Positions 52,848-64,000 of a stretch of DNA of 64,000 nucleotides are shown here, in pieces. Below the pieces are notes generated by a model. It was not told where the DNA came from and made no database searches. It saw only the letters and a program-made list of their open reading frames with translations. The stretch is from NCBI GenBank assembly GCA_964016885.1, contig OZ024744.1, forward strand, positions 35,402,001 to 35,466,000. Direction: 5' to 3'. The stretch is from Eledone cirrhosa. Lineage: Eukaryota. Position 1 is the stretch's first letter. Each line of letters begins with the position of its first letter. The translations under genes and the position numbers were made by a program.

Positions 52848-53000
52848 TATCTCAGTTCACCAGCAGTTGTATTGCCACTGTCTTCAGTGTAGTTTTGGTA
52901 GAATGTCTCTCTCCAATTTATGCTCCTTTGCGCTCGCTCCTGGATCATGACTTGGCTATGGGGCAAATCAATTTGTTTCAGACTGCTCTATTAATAGCGG
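52848..53000 (+). CDS. Candidate host exon D (153 nt, phase 1-1)
   Basis: cttcatccaccctcag|TA...GCGG|gtaaaa; SQFTSSCIATVFSVVLVECLSPIYAPLRSLLDHDLAMGQINLFQTALLIA; higher GC than surroundings, non-repetitive. Confidence 0.35.
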
Positions 53001-53469
53001 GTAAAAAATATGTATTTGACCATGCAAAAGGCCCAGTTAAAAAAATTTATTTTAATGCAATGTTATATGCTGTTAAATTATCCGCATTTTCTTACTGGTA
53101 AGGGGCAAATAAAAGATAAAATTGACGCTGGTTTTTGCACAATGTAGTCATTTAAATCACCTCAAGTACATAACAATAGACACTTAAATCTTTTATTACT
53201 ATATATCTAATGAAAGATGGAGCACAAAACAAACAGCTTTATCAGGTAGCAAGTTAACAAATATGCTGGCAGACAAGAAACACTACTTGCAATAGTGAAA
53301 AGATGGAGGCATGCTTGGTATGGTCATAAATCCTGCCACAACTCCTTGTCCAAAACCATCCTTCAGGGCACTGGCTGCACCAGTTATGGGATCATGACAT
53401 GACAATGAAAGACACTGACTTTTTAAATGATCAAGAATTTTGGAGGGATTTAGTGTAACTAACGTTCTC

Positions 53470-53682
53470 ATTGAAAATCATCCCATCACAATTTGTTAAG
53501 TTATGCTCCAAACACCAACTTAATAATTGTTTCTACTTTAGGCACAAGGCCAGCAATTACCCAGTGTAATAAAGTACCAGTAATACACTGGGTAATTGCT
53601 GGCCTTGTGCCTAAAGTAGAAACAATTATTAAGTTGGTGTTTGGAGCATAACTTAACAAATTGTGATGGGATGATTTTCAAT
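53470..53682. repeat. Perfect 99-bp-arm palindrome centred on a SINE tail
   Basis: 53470-53568 is the reverse complement of 53584-53682; 15-nt SINE-derived loop. Confidence 0.95.
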
Positions 53683-54347
53683 AAATATAAACACTTTTAA
53701 ACAAAGTTCTGTATCATAGAATCAGGGGTAGTTTCAAGCAGTTTCATTATCCCAAGTGGAACAGGATTTGAACCCAGAACATAAAGGGACATAACTAAGT
53801 GCAGCAAGGCACTTTGTTGTTCTAATTATTCTACTTTTTATCACCCTGTAATAAATCACACAGCAAAGGTTACTGACTCAAATCCTGTATTTAGTTAGTA
53901 TTTAACTATTTATCGAACCGGTAATCTGTGAGATTCAGTAAATTTCCAAAAAGGAATGTCCTTGAAAAACAGCTAAAAAAAATGTACATGATGTAAAGAC
54001 AAATTAAAAACAAAAGGAAAAACGAAATAAAACCAAAAAAACAAGTCTTTAATTTAAGAAAACAATTACTTAGTTGTTAATTTGACACTTGAAACAGAAC
54101 TGATGACATATGTGATTGTGCATATATATCATCATCATCATCATCATCATCATCACCGTTTTACGTCCATTCTTCCATGCTAGCATGGGTCAGACAGGTT
54201 GTCCTGTTGTGAGCAATGCCAGGTTAGGTGATCATGTCTTGCTCATACAGAACTGATTTGGGCTTGATTTCTACCTCATTTACAGTGAGTGCTGGGCTGC
54301 TCTTTTTTTCGTGGCACCTACACGTCCACTTTACAGTGTGGCTTCTA

Positions 54348-54727
54348 AAATATACAGTGACTAATCGGCCTGATTTGCATATTAGCAGACTGGCTGATCA
54401 GTCAGATTTGCATATTAGCAGATCCACTGATCAGTCAGATTTGCATATCAGCAGACTGGCCAGTCAGTTTCTTCTATATGAGTGATAAATTGCTGGCTTT
54501 GCCAGATTCAAATAATAATAAATAAAAAAACTGTTGCCAGTGAGCTGTACTGGCGAAGGGTAATACCCAGAAACATTAGTGTCTGCAGTTCTGTTTATAT
54601 GCCAAACACAAGAGCAAGAATGAAGGGTTCAATCTACTGACATGGCTAAAAAATGAGGCTTGATTATATAATTGCAAAGGAATTGAATATTATTATTAAT
54701 ATTCGAAAAACTCAGATTACATTTATT
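54348..54727 (+). mobile_element. Hammerhead-bearing non-coding repeat, copy 2
   Basis: 3 x 33-bp octamer-containing units plus ~190 bp homologous to 16431-16606. Confidence 0.75.
54538..54593 (+). ncRNA. Type I hammerhead ribozyme (one core substitution)
   Basis: Stem I GAGCTGTA/TGCAGTTC; core CTGGCGA; stem II GGGT-AAT-ACCC; GAAA; stem III ACA-TTAG-TGT; GUC cleavage triplet ending at 54583. Confidence 0.7.
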
Positions 54728-54731
54728 GTAT

Positions 54732-55309
54732 TGTGATGCGCATGAAAGACGATAGCTGTATAAAAAAGTGCAGGGTGATCAAAATTGATGGAAGTTACGG
54801 AGTAGGCAGACCCAGAAAAACCTGGGACGATTTGATAAATTCCGACTTTACACACTTACACCTCTCCAAGACAATGTCACTGGACCGAGATCTTTGGCGC
54901 CACGTAGTAATACAGAAGACCTTCCTTGCCTATGTACAAAGCGCAACCTACAGTCAGTAGGCACCTCTTAACCAAAATACACCCCCATCCCACTACCCCT
55001 ACACCCACCCCTTTCTTTGTAGGTTATGTTGGTACCACAACATCCAGTCCGAAACAAATGAGGTTGTGTAGGTGTCACGACAAAAGAACACACAGTCCAC
55101 GCTGTAATGCGGCCGTGTAGGTAACACGGTAAAAACCTCCCAGTCCACACTGTAAACGTGGTTGGTGTTAGGAAGGGCATCCAGCCGTAGAAAACCCACC
55201 AAACAGTCTTATACGAGCAAGACAACCAATCTTGCTTCAAGTGGGACAATTCCCGTCTAACCCCATGCAAGCGTGGAAGATAGACATTAAATGATCATGA
55301 TGATGATGT
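54732..55309 (+). mobile_element. RTE 3' fragment with UTR and (GAT)n tail
   Basis: ORF 54733-54960; same family as 16806. Confidence 0.9.
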
Positions 55310-55329
55310 ATTCAGCCATGTAGAGCGAA

Positions 55330-55375
<46 letters not shown>

Positions 55376-55393
55376 ATATAGATATATATATTA

Positions 55394-55431
<38 letters not shown>

Positions 55432-56104
55432 GTATTTATATATATATGTGTGTGTGTGTGTTTGTGTGTATATATATATGTCTCTCTCTCTCTCTATATA
55501 TATGTATATTATTATAAATGTAAGCTATCGCTGTATTTTGTCTAAAGAAATTAAAGAAATTATTTAGCCTGATAGTGGGGTTAAGAACCCTCGGAGAAAT
55601 GGAAAAAGATGAGTATTGACGTACATGTATCATATATATGTATATATATGATACATGTACCCTCGTTTAACCCATGCTAGCATGGAAGAACGGACGTAAA
55701 ATGATGATGATTATGGTAAATACAGGTACACACACACAATATATATATATGTATGTGTATATATATATATGTGTGTATATATATATATATATGTGTATAT
55801 ACATATGTGTATATATATATGTGTGTGTATATATATATATATACATACATGCACAAATCACATATATGGTTTTATTTTAACACACACACTAGTATCATGT
55901 GACTGTTTCAGATTTCTCAACACTTGCCACCTCTAGCTGATGATTGCATCCAGGCATGAAACTCTGAGTAATGCCATCTAAAGTGGCCTGAACTAAATAT
56001 ATACAATAGATTATAGATTTAGACTTGCTTAGGTATTGAGTTGTCGTAACTTTGTATTTATTTACAGACTTTAAAGTTGATTTTTCAAGTTGATATACAC
56101 CACC

Positions 56105-56132
<28 letters not shown>

Positions 56133-56135
<3 letters not shown>

Positions 56136-56355
56136 TTGTTTCTACTTTACGCACAAGGCCAGCAATTATCCAGTGTATTACTGGTACTTTATTTTATCGA
56201 CCCCGTAAGGATGAAAGGCAAAGTCAACCTCGGCGGGATTTGAACTCAGATCGTAAATGAATGAAGGGTTCAATCTACTGTGTTGGAAAGCAACTATGTT
56301 GGAACTGTGTTGGAAATCAACTATGTTGGAAAGCATGGCGTCCGACCCTCTACTA
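56133..56355 (-). mobile_element. tRNA-derived SINE with an internal short tandem duplication
   Basis: Tail, central domain and B box; repeated CTATGTTGGAA; (TAA)n flank. Confidence 0.8.
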
Positions 56356-57164
56356 ATAATAATAATATCATCATCATCATCATCATCATTTAACATCCAT
56401 TTTCCACGCTAGCTTGGGTTAAACGGGTTTGTCCCATTTATAGGCAAGTTGCATCGGGCGACCGTGTCTTGCTCATAGAGGAGAGTTTCTGGCTGGTTTT
56501 CTATGGCTGGATGTCCTTCCTAGCACCAACCACATTTACACTATGTGCTGGGTGCTTTTTGTTGTGTCTTTTACATGACTACTTTACAGTGGGATGGGTG
56601 CTTTTTGTCGTGACACCTACACAACCACTTTACAGTGTGGACTGGATATTTATATCATCATCATCATTTAACGTCTATCTTCCACACTAACATTGGTTAG
56701 ACGGATTTGTCCCATTTAGAGGCAAGTTGGGTTGAGTGACTATGTCTCGCTCATATAGGACTGTTTTTATATACATATATGTGTATGTGTGTGTATATGT
56801 ATTATATATATATATATGCCTATATATATACACACACATTCTCATAATTTTGTACAGGCAAGCAACACACACACACATGCTCTATATACAAAACGACTTT
56901 TTCCTTCAGCTAGATGCTTTTGATCGCTTCCTTTTAAAAGAAGGCCAACTGATTTTCTTCTACTCCAATGCCAGATTCAATTTTCTCAAACTATTTTCTC
57001 AAAGAAATCTTTTTCATTTCTGCCACGCCCACTCACCTCTATTTTCCTATTTCTTCTTTTATTTCTCATTCTATTTTCTGATGGACTAGCATCTGAAATT
57101 TTAAGATTTTTTTCCTACTATATCAAACATAATCATCATCATCATCATCATCAATTTTTCCATG

Positions 57165-58552
57165 CTTGCATGGTTTGGATAAGTCCTTCTCAGCGCAGCA
57201 CCTCTCCACTTGACACATTTCTTCATCATGTCCTCAGCCAGTCTTAGTGATTTGAGGTCAGCTCTCAAAACCTCTGCTCATTCTTGGTCTTCCTCTACTG
57301 CAGCTTGCTTCCACTGGGATTTCCTGGCATGGTTGCTTCATTTCTCTCCAGTCTACGCATGTTCTCAGCAACCACAGCCCATGTTTCACTACCATGCAGC
57401 ATCACGTATCATACACAGGTATGATACAGCCTTCCTTTTGTACATAGGGAGAAACCTTTTGTTGTCAGTAGTGGGAGAAGTTCACTAAACCTTTTCCATC
57501 CTATCCTTATTCTAGCTATTATTCTCTCGCCGGGCCCTTCTCCACTGCTAATTAGGTCACCTAGATAGCAGAAGCTATCAACCAAGTCTATGGATCCTTC
57601 CTGTGACTGGAAAAGATTTATATCATTGGCACACTTCCTCTTGATTTCTCCTGTGCATCATCTACATACAAAGTTCTACCTTCCTGTTAGTCTACCTGTT
57701 ATCCCACTACATCTTTTGTATACCCAGGATTTACATTATGTGCATTGTATGGAGTTTATGCCTACTCCTTTTCTACATATTGAACATGGTCACTTCCTTA
57801 AGGGGATTTGGGTCCTATCTTCTTTCCTACTCACTAGCACTTTTGGCTAAGTTTACTCTCAGACTTTTTGATTCCAAATTCAGTTTCCATAATCGGAATT
57901 TATTTCCTAGTTCCTTTTTGGTTTCTGCTATAGGACCAAATCATCTACATGTAGAAGTTCCCATGGGATGCCTGTTTTATACTCCTCTGTTATGGACTGA
58001 AGCACTATGATGAACAGCAGTGGGCTAAGAACTGAACCTTGTTGAACTCCTATCTGTACCTTGAATTCCTCACAATTCATTTCCTATTCTCACTTTACTG
58101 ACAGCTCCTCTCTACATAGCTTGCACCGCTCTCACAAGACATTCTTCTAGACCTAATTTCTTTAAGGATCACCAGATAATAGATCAGAGCACTCTGTCAA
58201 AGGTCTACTCTGAGTTTGTGTAAGGATTCTTAAGGAGAAGCTGTGAGTAGTGACTCACACACTCTATTTTGCAGCAATTTCTGATTGTACTGCTGCATCA
58301 ATATTACTTGATTTACTATATGTTACTAGTTTGACTCCTACCTCTCCTGATGCTGTTAGCATCTCAGCAACTATTTCCCCAGCTTTACCATTTTTCATCC
58401 CCTTAAATTACATCTTTGACCCTAAAACTATAAACTTCAATAACTGGTCCTTCCTTTGGGTACATTGGGGGTTGTTTCTCTTCCTCCCATTCATTCTCTA
58501 CATTCATTAGTCTCTCATAGTAACATTTCCAGGCCTCTTTCTTTTGGTCTTT
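57165..58552 (-). mobile_element. Older, internally deleted RTE copy
   Basis: Decayed RT and PHD motifs; KKEAWKCYYERLMNVENEW. Confidence 0.85.
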
Positions 58553-58578
58553 ATGTATTATGCATGCATGTGCATGTG

Positions 58579-58579
<1 letters not shown>

Positions 58580-58634
<55 letters not shown>

Positions 58635-61250
58635 GTTTAACGTCTATCCTCCACACTAGCACGGGTTAGACAGGAGTTGTCCCACTTGAGGCAAGATTGA
58701 TCGGGTGACCGTGTCACGCCCATATAGGACTATCTGGCAGGTTTTCTACGACTGGATACCCTTCCTAACACCAACCACATTTACAGTGTGGAACAGGGAA
58801 CTTTTTACCGTGTTACCTACATGGCCACATTACAGCGTGGACTGTGTGTTTTTTTTGTTGTGACACCCACACGATCTCATTATCTCATTTATTTGGACTG
58901 GATGTTGTGGTACCAACTTTACAGAGAAAGAGTGGTGTTGGTACGAGTGGTAGGATGGAGTAGGGGTAGTGGCTTGGGGTGTATATTTGGTTAAGTGGTG
59001 CCTACTGACTGTACGTTTCGCTTTGTACATAGACAAGGCGGGTCTTCTGTATTACTGCGTGGCACCAAAGATCTCGGTCCAGTGACATTGTCTTAGAGAG
59101 GTGCAAGTGTGTAAGGTCGGAATTTATCAAATCGTCCCAGGTTTTTATGGGTCTACCTACTCCGTAACTTCCATCAATTTTGATCGCCCTGCACTTTTTT
59201 ATACAGCTGTCGTCTTTCATGCGCATCATGTGACCATACTAACATAGTCTTCTCTCAAGTAAACAGCATCTGATCCCTCTTATTCATAATTTCTCACTTA
59301 GTTCATTTATGTTTTGCCGTTCACATATATTACTATTACACGTCCAACGGAGTATGCATGCTTCCTTCCTTTCCAGTCTGCGCAGGTCCTCTGCACACAA
59401 TGCCCATGTCTCACTGCCATGTAGCATTGCTGTTCGTATACAGGCATCATACAAAATCGGTCACATATAAAATCTACGTTCTTAGATAGTTTACCTGTGA
59501 TTCCACTACATCTGTTATGTACCCATAGTTTGCATTTGGGACATAAAATAGATTTCTACCTACTCCTTTCCTACACACTGAGCATGGCCATTTCCCAGAG
59601 GGCACCTGTACCCTATTTTCCTTTCTACATACTAGAACTTTAGTCTTAGACAAGTTAACTTTAAAAGGCCTTTTGATTTTAGGCCATGCTTCCATGTTTG
59701 GAATTTCTTCTGTAGTTCAGCCATAGATTCAGCTATGAGAGTTAGATCATCTGCGTATAGGAGTTCCCATGGGCAGCCGGTCTTAAACTCCTCTGTTATA
59801 GACTGAAGGGCAATAATAAATAGGAGGGGACTAAGGACAGAGCCTTGATGAACACCAACTTTTACACTAAATTCTTCACTATATTCATTGTTAATTCTAA
59901 CCTTACTGACTGTTTCTTTATACATGGTTTGTATAGCTATCACAAGCCATTCATCTACACCTAGTTTTCTAAGAGCCCACCAGATAATGGAGCGAGGACT
60001 CTGTCAAAGGCTTTCTCCAGGTTTACAAAAGCTAAGTAGAGGGGTTTACTTTTAGCTATGTACTTCTGTAGTTGTCGTACAAGGAAAAGAGCGTCTGTGG
60101 TACTTTCACCTGACACAAACCCAAACTGCATTTCATCTAGATCAATTTGATCTCTGATTAGTTGCGCTATAACTCTTTCTGTGACCTTCATGACCTGGTC
60201 AACTAACTTAGTGCCTCTATAGTTTCCCCTATCTAGAGCATCCCCTTTACCCTTGTAGCAGTTAATGATGATGATGCTACGCCTGTCTTTTGGTATGATC
60301 CCATTCTATATTACTTGGTTTACTATCCGGGTGACCATAGTATGACCCACCATTCCAGATGCTTTCAACATCTCAACAATTATCTCCAAAAGCCCAGCTG
60401 CCTTGCCTGTCTTCATATCTTTAACTTGGACCACTGGTCCTTCTATTGGATCGATTTGGGGCAGACTATCTTTTTCCCATTTATTCTCATCATTTAGTAG
60501 CTTCTCGTAGTGACACTTCCAAGCTACCTTCTTATCAATATCAGTGAAAGCAAGTACACCATTATCATTATGGACACACTTCACGGCTTTCCTTCACACA
60601 TTGTCTAGCAATCTTGAACACCTCACATTTTTCGTTCTCACGTTGTAGAACATGCTTGAACTTTCTATCCTCTGCTTCCCTTTTTGCAAAGTACACTTGT
60701 CTCCTGGCTTCTCTCCTGGCCACTTGATAGTGTTTTCTACTTCTCCTATCCTGCCATACTTTCCAAGCCTGCTTTTTGGCCTTGATTGTCTCCTCCACCT
60801 TACTGTTCCACCACCAAGTTACTCTCTTCCTGCCAATAGGTCTGCTCCAGCCACAGATTTCATCCGTCGCTTTCAGCAAGTTTACTTTCAAGAATTCCAA
60901 CTGTTCCTCGATATCGTACGTCTCTAATTGCTCTTCCTTATTGTCAAAAGCATCAACTAATAAGCTTTTAAATTTGTCACTGGCTGTGGGGTCCTTCAAC
61001 TTCCATATTCTTCTCCTCAAGGTAGTCCTCCTCTGCTGTCGAGTACGTCTAGTCCTGACTATGAGGTCACTAACTATGAGGCTATGTTGGGAGGTGCATT
61101 CTTCACGGGGGAGGGATTTAGTGTTTACAACAGACACTTTGTCCCGTCTTCTAGTAAGGATATAATCTATCTGGCACGCGTGTTCCCCTGATCTATAGGT
61201 GATCAAGTGATTTTCTCGTCTTTTTAAGTTTGTGTTACAGATAGTTGGGT
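58580..61250 (-). mobile_element. RTE LINE ~2.6 kb (end of APE, RT, 3' UTR, long (GAT)n tail)
   Basis: ORFs 60568-61206, 60306-60584, 59961-60191, 59632-59943 (LLYADD) and 59002-59229; internal deletion near 59455. Confidence 0.95.
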
Positions 61251-61641
61251 TATATATATCATCATCATCATCATCCTTTTACGTCCGCTTTTCCCTGCTT
61301 GCAAGGGTGGAACAGGAACTGATTCTGGCTTGATTTCTACAGCTGGATGCCCTTCCTAACACCAACCTCATTTACAGTGAGTGCTGGGTGCTTTTTTTTT
61401 CTGTGGCACCTACACATCCACTTTACAGTGTGGGCTGGGTGCTTTTTTGCTGTGGCACCTCCACGACCACTTTGCAGTGGAATGATAGGGACCCCAGTCC
61501 TATCATCTCATTTCTACAGCTGAGTAAACTTGAGCAATGTGAAATAAAGTGTCTTGCTCAAGGAAACAACACATCAGATGGTGCAGTTGAGTACATATGT
61601 GTTTGTATGTGGATATGTGTGCGTGCATCAGTGTGGAGATA

Positions 61642-61700
<59 letters not shown>

Positions 61701-62063
61701 TTTGAAATTTGAAACCTCTCTTGTTTAGTCTTGATTTATTCATTGTGACACCATTACTGGTTTAGCTACTCCAGTATTAACATCTAAGCTAGACACTATG
61801 AAGACAAATATATCTTTGCTGCACTAACATCTCACTCACTCACACATACACATACATGCCCACAAGCACATAGATACACACACATATGTATATAAGTGAT
61901 TATGGGTTAAAGCTGGTGTGAATTGCAATGCAGTATAAAATTCTCAGTACCATTTCTGTTGTATCGCATTTATGGAAAGCTGAGTTTGTGTAAGGATTGT
62001 TAATGAGAAGCTCTGAGTAGTGACTCACATACTCTGCTTTCAATAAATGTTATATATATATAT

Positions 62064-62712
62064 ATGAGTTTCTTGGTCCGTGCCCAAGTCTCAGACCCGT
62101 ACAATAGCACAGACTCTACTGTAGCAACAAAGAGATGGATCTTCGGATCTTTACAAAGGTCCGACTTCCATGCCGATCTCAAACTGTGATATGCTGCCCA
62201 GACTTTGCTCTTACCACATCATCCTCTGTGTTCCCAATCTTTGCTCCCAGATACAGGAAGTCCTCAAACAACTCTTACAGCTTCCTGCCTACATTCATAA
62301 TATTCTCTGGCTTCTTAATATTCTCTACCAGATACTTTGTCTTAATCTCATTCAGATGGTGGATGGGTGTTACACGAGAATGCTGAGGATGGCCCTGAAC
62401 ATTAATAAGTATACACTGAGGATGAAGAACTCAGAGCTGTACGGGAGCTTCCTAAAAGTCAGCTCAAAAGTATCACAGAGGAGACTGAGGTTAGTTGGAT
62501 ATGCTCACCGACATTCAAAGTCGACACTGCACTCAGTGCTCCTGTGGGAGCATCTACACAGAGACACTAGAGGGAGACCGAGGTTGACATATATTGATAC
62601 CCTAAGGTCAGACACTGGTCTCTGGGAGACGCAGGACATGACAGCAATGATGAAGGACAGAGACTGCTGGAGAGAATTCGTCCATGGATCTCTGGAATTT
62701 TACCCACCCTAG
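62064..62712 (+). mobile_element. RTE/RTEX insertion with an inverted 5' segment
   Basis: Minus strand 62064-62354 reads NEIKTKY..FLYLG..ESVLLYGSETWARTKKL; plus strand 62347-62712 reads LIQMVDGCYTRMLRMAL..RRLRL..RGRPRLTYID. Confidence 0.85.
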
Positions 62713-62870
62713 ATATACATATTGGACTTAACTAAGTGCAACCGCTCCATTACAATTAGCACTCTGAGTATGTTCAAACTATTTCTTGCTGAGTAATTCG
62801 AGAGCAGCCAGACTATAGAAAATATTTTTCCTATCGTCACGGTAACTATAATAATATATATATAATTATT

Positions 62871-63291
62871 TACGAGGCTCAGATGAAAAGTTCATAGGCT
62901 GACCCAAATACTCCCATTGAATGACCAAATGAGGTTTATTTATCAATATAGTCCCTGGAAAAAAATAAAGTAGTTATTAACCCTTTAGCATTCACATTGT
63001 TCTAAATATACTATTATATTTTCATAGTAAAAGCTTTACATCACATAATTATCTCACATAATATCGAATCTATGAGATTTTGAAAGTAATTATTTTAAGA
63101 ACAATACCTTAATATCAGTTTGAGCGACCAGTTACAGCCAGTTTCAACAGAAAGAGGTAGAGAATTCTGGCCGGTTTTGGCCGGTTTGAACACTAAAGGG
63201 TTAAGTTATTAATAAGAAGAGTTTATAATTATGCACGCAAGATTTCACAGCTCTAACATCATGTCTTATAGTCAGCCTATGAACTTTTCAG
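62871..63291. mobile_element. Mariner-type MITE containing a nested piggyBac-type MITE (62977-63204)
   Basis: TA+CGAGG..TGAAAAGTTCATAGGCTGAC / GTCAGCCTATGAACTTTTCA; inner TTAA-CCCTTT..AAAGGG-TTAA. Confidence 0.75.
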
Positions 63292-64000
63292 ATAGATAGA
63301 CTGATAGATAGATTGATAGATATGTGTACAAATGAAATAAAAGAACCCTGAATATGTTATGTAGAGAATCATCACCATCATAATTTTACGTCTGCTTTTC
63401 CCTGCTTGCAAGGGTGGGATGGGTCCTATTCAGCACAGCATCTCTCCACTTGTCACAGTCCTTTGTCATCTCCTCCGTGAGCTTCAGCATTTTAGGTCAC
63501 CTCTCACCACCTCCACCCATGTTTTTTTGTGGTCTTTCTCTACTGCGTCTTCCTTCTACTGGGATTTCTTGGCACTTCTTTACCCAGCGGTCATCCTCCA
63601 TGCGCATCACATGTCCATACCATCGCAGTCTTCTCTCCTATACACTATAGTATATATTTGTAAATAGGTAATTACCTCATATATATATTTATGACCATCA
63701 CTCACAATCAAGTATGACTTGGTAGTAGTATGTACTGTTTGACGTAGGTATTTCAGTGCCCATGCAATCACCAAGCAGACACAAATTTAACCTCTTGACC
63801 CACCCCCACTTGATCCAGTAGATCATCCAGAACCTAATAGCTAGAAGGAGAAAGGGTATATCATTGCTGGGCTGGTGCATTCTCTATTCTCCTTGAAGGG
63901 ATAAATGTTATAGTGGACCTCGGCAGGATTTGAACTCAGAAAACAGAGAGCTGAAACAAATATCCATTGTTTCTTAGTCACAATATAATTGATGTACACA

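Overview
This is a 64 kb AT-rich eukaryotic window, mostly intronic or intergenic and dominated by repeats. The repeat content (RTE LINEs with (GAT)n tails, tRNA-derived SINEs, dense (TA)n/(TG)n/(CAT)n tracts) suggests a coleoid cephalopod such as Octopus; this is an inference. There is no intact long gene, and most six-frame ORFs are microsatellite artefacts or LINE fragments. Mobile elements include about 10 copies of an RTE family (APE-RT plus a PHD-like finger), an RTE family with C-terminal C2H2 fingers, two further RTE/RTEX families, Tx1 and R4/Dong-like fragments, two SINE families, TTAA-specific piggyBac-type MITEs, mariner and hAT remnants, and a non-autonomous Helitron. A few phase-compatible candidate host exons lie on the + strand. 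Three observations stand out. (1) A dispersed non-coding repeat at 16.3-16.6 kb and 54.3-54.7 kb whose consensus folds as a type I hammerhead ribozyme, next to an invertible octamer-motif module. (2) Two independent SINE insertions in which the SINE 3' end and 50-65 bp of flanking DNA are duplicated in inverted orientation, consistent with fold-back during integration. (3) An RTE/RTEX insertion with twin-priming 5'-inversion geometry. All identifications were made by eye; no database searches were run.
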